A program made the position numbers and the translations under genes. Under the pieces are notes generated by a model that made no database searches, had not been told where the DNA came from, and saw only the letters and a program-made list of their open reading frames with translations. A DNA stretch of 63,975 nucleotides, the filler included, from Sanchytrium tribonematis (Eukaryota): assembly GCA_018985235.1 (NCBI GenBank). It is 6 parts of 6 records of this genome, joined end to end, with 100 filler letters (N's around TTAATTAATTAA, not from the genome) between each part and the next. Parts side by side here need not be neighbours in the genome. Positions count along the whole stretch, not along the records: positions 57,703 to 63,975 come from JADGIG010000537.1; 5 more parts are not named here. One strand, 5' to 3'. Positions 63,359 through 63,975 of the stretch are shown piece after piece (the stretch's first letter is position 1; each line of letters starts with the position of its first letter).

Positions 63359-63975
63359 TTCTTAATTGTAATGTTTCGAATAATAAACTTTAAAAAACCA
63401 ACAGCTCTCGAAAATCTCTAACAACATATCTCATGTCGTTCTACTCAAGGAAATATAAATGTAGCGTCGTCTTTTAGAACTCGAAAGAAGGGCTTGACAT
63501 TAAAGTCAAAGTCGAAAATTTTAATGCGCTTGAGGTTACTTAATGGGGGATTGGGACTGGAAAAAGGAATTAAATTAGGTAACATCGATAAAGGCAAGTT
63601 GGAATCTCAGATGTAGTATGAATTTATGAGCCTAAACATACACTTCTTCATTACAAATTTAAAATTGATGAGTGTTGGATTTTTCGGAAAGACTCCTTTG
63701 ATCAGATCATAGGAATAAAAGTGAGTCTTTTGCATTCAGACTGGATTATGATTTATCGGACAAATTTAAATTATCCAATATTGACAGTACACCACCTTTC
63801 TGACACATTTAATATCTGCTTAAAAATGAAGCACTCCGACAAAGACAGTGCAAGACAATCAGATGATCGGAATATATGGCTTGCATATTTTGAGAAACAT
63901 TTGAGTTATTATTACCCGGATTGTTTTCCTGGGTGCTTTAGAATATCAAAGCCTCCTTACGGAGACAGACAGGCT

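Overview
This is not a prokaryotic window. It is AT-rich, extremely gene-dense eukaryotic nuclear DNA read in the standard code (TAA/TAG/TGA all act as stops). The gene content looks fungal/holomycotan: VPS13, COQ4, RQC1/TCF25, NOC2, Vps10, Dsk2, Fzo1-like mitofusin, Zip3/RNF212, proteinase-K-like subtilisin, CE4/GH114/LPMO-like proteins, SERINC, CYP and PAQR. An early-diverging, genome-reduced fungus (for example sanchytrid-like) is my inference, not a proven assignment. The window concatenates six unlinked contigs joined by five artificial 100-nt linkers (N44-TTAATTAATTAA-N44), so adjacency across linkers means nothing. Four contigs are packed with almost intron-less genes separated by tens of bp; two (44505-57602) consist mostly of decayed transposons (Ty3/Gypsy, Tc1/mariner with intact TIRs, hAT-like, LINE, tyrosine recombinase). 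Highlights: (1) four apparent frameshifts are each repaired by a GT-AG intron of exactly 19 nt with A at -6, all near the 3' end of the CDS and each upstream of an essential C-terminal module; (2) one of these introns reveals a PA14 + Ig-like type-I membrane protein with an integrin-beta-like cytoplasmic tail (KFE...NPLY-x8-NPLY); (3) three adjacent membrane-anchored carbohydrate pseudo-enzymes (GH114 plus two CE4) have lost their catalytic residues; (4) several secreted proteins appear to have signal peptides of only 8-9 aa. All family calls come from motif recognition by eye; no searches were run.
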